Shown here piece after piece: positions 62,643 to 64,000 of a DNA stretch of 64,000 nt. Where the stretch lies: the NCBI GenBank assembly GCA_965644295.1, contig CBFFRP010000297.1, forward strand, positions 124,001 through 188,000, in the 5' to 3' direction. The stretch is from Paraphysomonas bandaiensis. Its lineage: Eukaryota > Protista > Chrysophyceae. The notes beneath the pieces are model-generated. The model saw only the letters and a program-made list of their open reading frames with translations. It was not told the DNA's origin and did no database searches. The position numbers were made by a program, and so were the translations under genes. Position 1 is the stretch's first letter. Each line of letters starts with the position of its first letter.

Positions 62643-63270
62643 TTGTTGAACGGAGTAGATACTCTAGTATAAGATAGGTGTAACGTGACGTGTATTGGTT
62701 GTGTGATGGATATAATATGTTGCACTGAGTGAGTACTCGAGTATAAGATATGTGTGACGTGTATTGGTTGAGTGGTGGACATGTTGAACTGAGCGAATAC
62801 TCGAATATAAGATATGTGTGACGTTACGTGTATTGGTTATATGTGATGCCTATATGTTGTACAGTTATTCTGCTATGTATGTTCTCTCGTTGAGCTGAGT
62901 GAATACTCTAGTATGCTCAGGTTTTACCGCCGAGCGATAGTAGTGTATGGCTTATATTGGTTGAGTGATGGAAATATTGAACGTAGTGAATACTCTAGCA
63001 TAGGATTTGTGTGACGCGACGTGTATTGGTGTTTTATGATGGCTATTAGTAGTAGTATTAGGGCATTCAACGTAGTTACTGGTTAAAGGAAACGTGCTGT
63101 TGGTGTGTCCTATAGGACCTAAATATTAATAAAAATAATTATTAACACTATACTATTGCATTCAAGCACTTTTAGAACCATTCTACAACAATTCTTAAAA
63201 GTCTAGTAAAATCTACTAGAATTTCCCAAATTTCTGAAAATTTCCCACGTTTGCATATTGTTTACTTAGT

Positions 63271-64000
63271 ATCTTATCGGAAAGCACCATGAGGATGGTG
63301 GTCTGCTATACAAGACTAACAGAGTGGTGATAAGGAAGGGACTTATTGTGGGATACCGGTCGTTGGTTACTGGTAACCAGGTTCAAGTGGAGGATAAAAC
63401 TCCTATTCATATTGCTGACATCAAGAAGATGACAGAGGATCTTGCGCAGAGGGTGGTTAGGGCCAGAGTTACTGACAACCGTGACGGCGGTATCAGCGGA
63501 GTGGTGCCACAGCAGTCGGAAAGTGGGCAGGTGCAGCCCCAGGCTGACTCAGCATTACCTTCGGGGGAAGGGACCCCTGCCGAGAATCATCCGCACGGCA
63601 AACGCGCAAGAACTCCAAGGACGGTAACGAATGTGTCGGTGTTAGGACAAATCCATCATTTGAGTGATGAGAGTGATGTGAGTGACCTTTTACAGGAGGC
63701 AGACTCAGTGTGGATGTCAGCGGAAGAGTCGACAGTGCCTCAGACACATCGTGAGTCCTTGGAGAGTGCCGAGCACAGGGAGTGGAGACGAGCTCGCCGT
63801 GTAGAGCGAGAGGGTTTGGCGAAGCGAGATACCATGGAGGTGACTCGTATACCGGACGGAGTCGTCCCACTGCACTCCAAGTACGTCTATGGAAAGAAGT
63901 ACGATAAGGAGGGAGAGGTCCGCCGATATAAGGCTCGTCTTGTAGCAATCGGTTGTGGACAGCAGTCGAGTGGTTGGGCGAACCATTTCGCACCTGTTGT
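63271..64000 (+). CDS. Copia pol, 3' continuation (integrase C-terminal region and start of RT)
   Basis: Open to the window end: YLIGKHHEDGG...VPQTHRESL...EWRRAR...HSKYVYGKK...RYKARLVAIGCGQ...FAPV. Missed by the ORF track because there is no stop. Confidence 0.92.

Larger units (their letters stand above)
57958..63267. mobile_element. 5310-bp non-autonomous TIR DNA element, superfamily unassigned
   Basis: Perfect 27-bp TIR aagtaaacaatatgcaaacgtgggaaa (57958-57984; 63241-63267). TSD AGT at 57955-57957 and 63268-63270. No intact transposase. Confidence 0.92.
55449..64000 (+). mobile_element. Ty1/copia LTR retrotransposon (runs off the window), interrupted at 57958-63267
   Basis: Domain order gag - protease - integrase - RT is diagnostic of copia. 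LTR limits cannot be confirmed in this window. Confidence 0.93.

Noticed and set aside
57958-63267. Polinton or virophage, from the AGT-like termini
   Set aside because: Too short; no polB, integrase or capsid ORFs; a 5-bp TSD would need a mismatch.
63493-63993. 166-aa minus-strand ORF, and similar antisense ORFs over host genes
   Set aside because: Shadows of real coding frames on the opposite strand.

Overview
Gene-dense eukaryotic DNA with short GT-AG introns (about 40-90 nt). The gene set (GT48 glucan synthase, KRE6/TGS-type GH16, plant-type GLDH, centrin) suggests a stramenopile protist, probably an ochrophyte; this is inference. About 15 host genes and one tRNA-Thr(CGT) are interleaved with transposon remnants. 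Main points: (1) a six-exon gene that splices in frame into a UIM x4 - KH - NYN/PIN nuclease - RING E3 ligase fusion (19164-21245, -). (2) A family of non-autonomous retroelements whose 5' ends fold as an HDV-like ribozyme resembling the trypanosome L1Tc/ingi signature; one copy has a 12-13 bp target duplication (6593-7801). (3) A Ty1/copia element whose open gag-pol frame is split by a 5.3 kb element with perfect 27-bp TIRs and a 3-bp TSD, carrying a 182-bp satellite with a 3-mer higher-order repeat. (4) A convergent beta-1,3-glucan synthase / beta-1,6-transglycosylase pair that could be a storage-glucan (chrysolaminarin-type) gene pair. All calls come from reading motifs by eye; no database searches were run.
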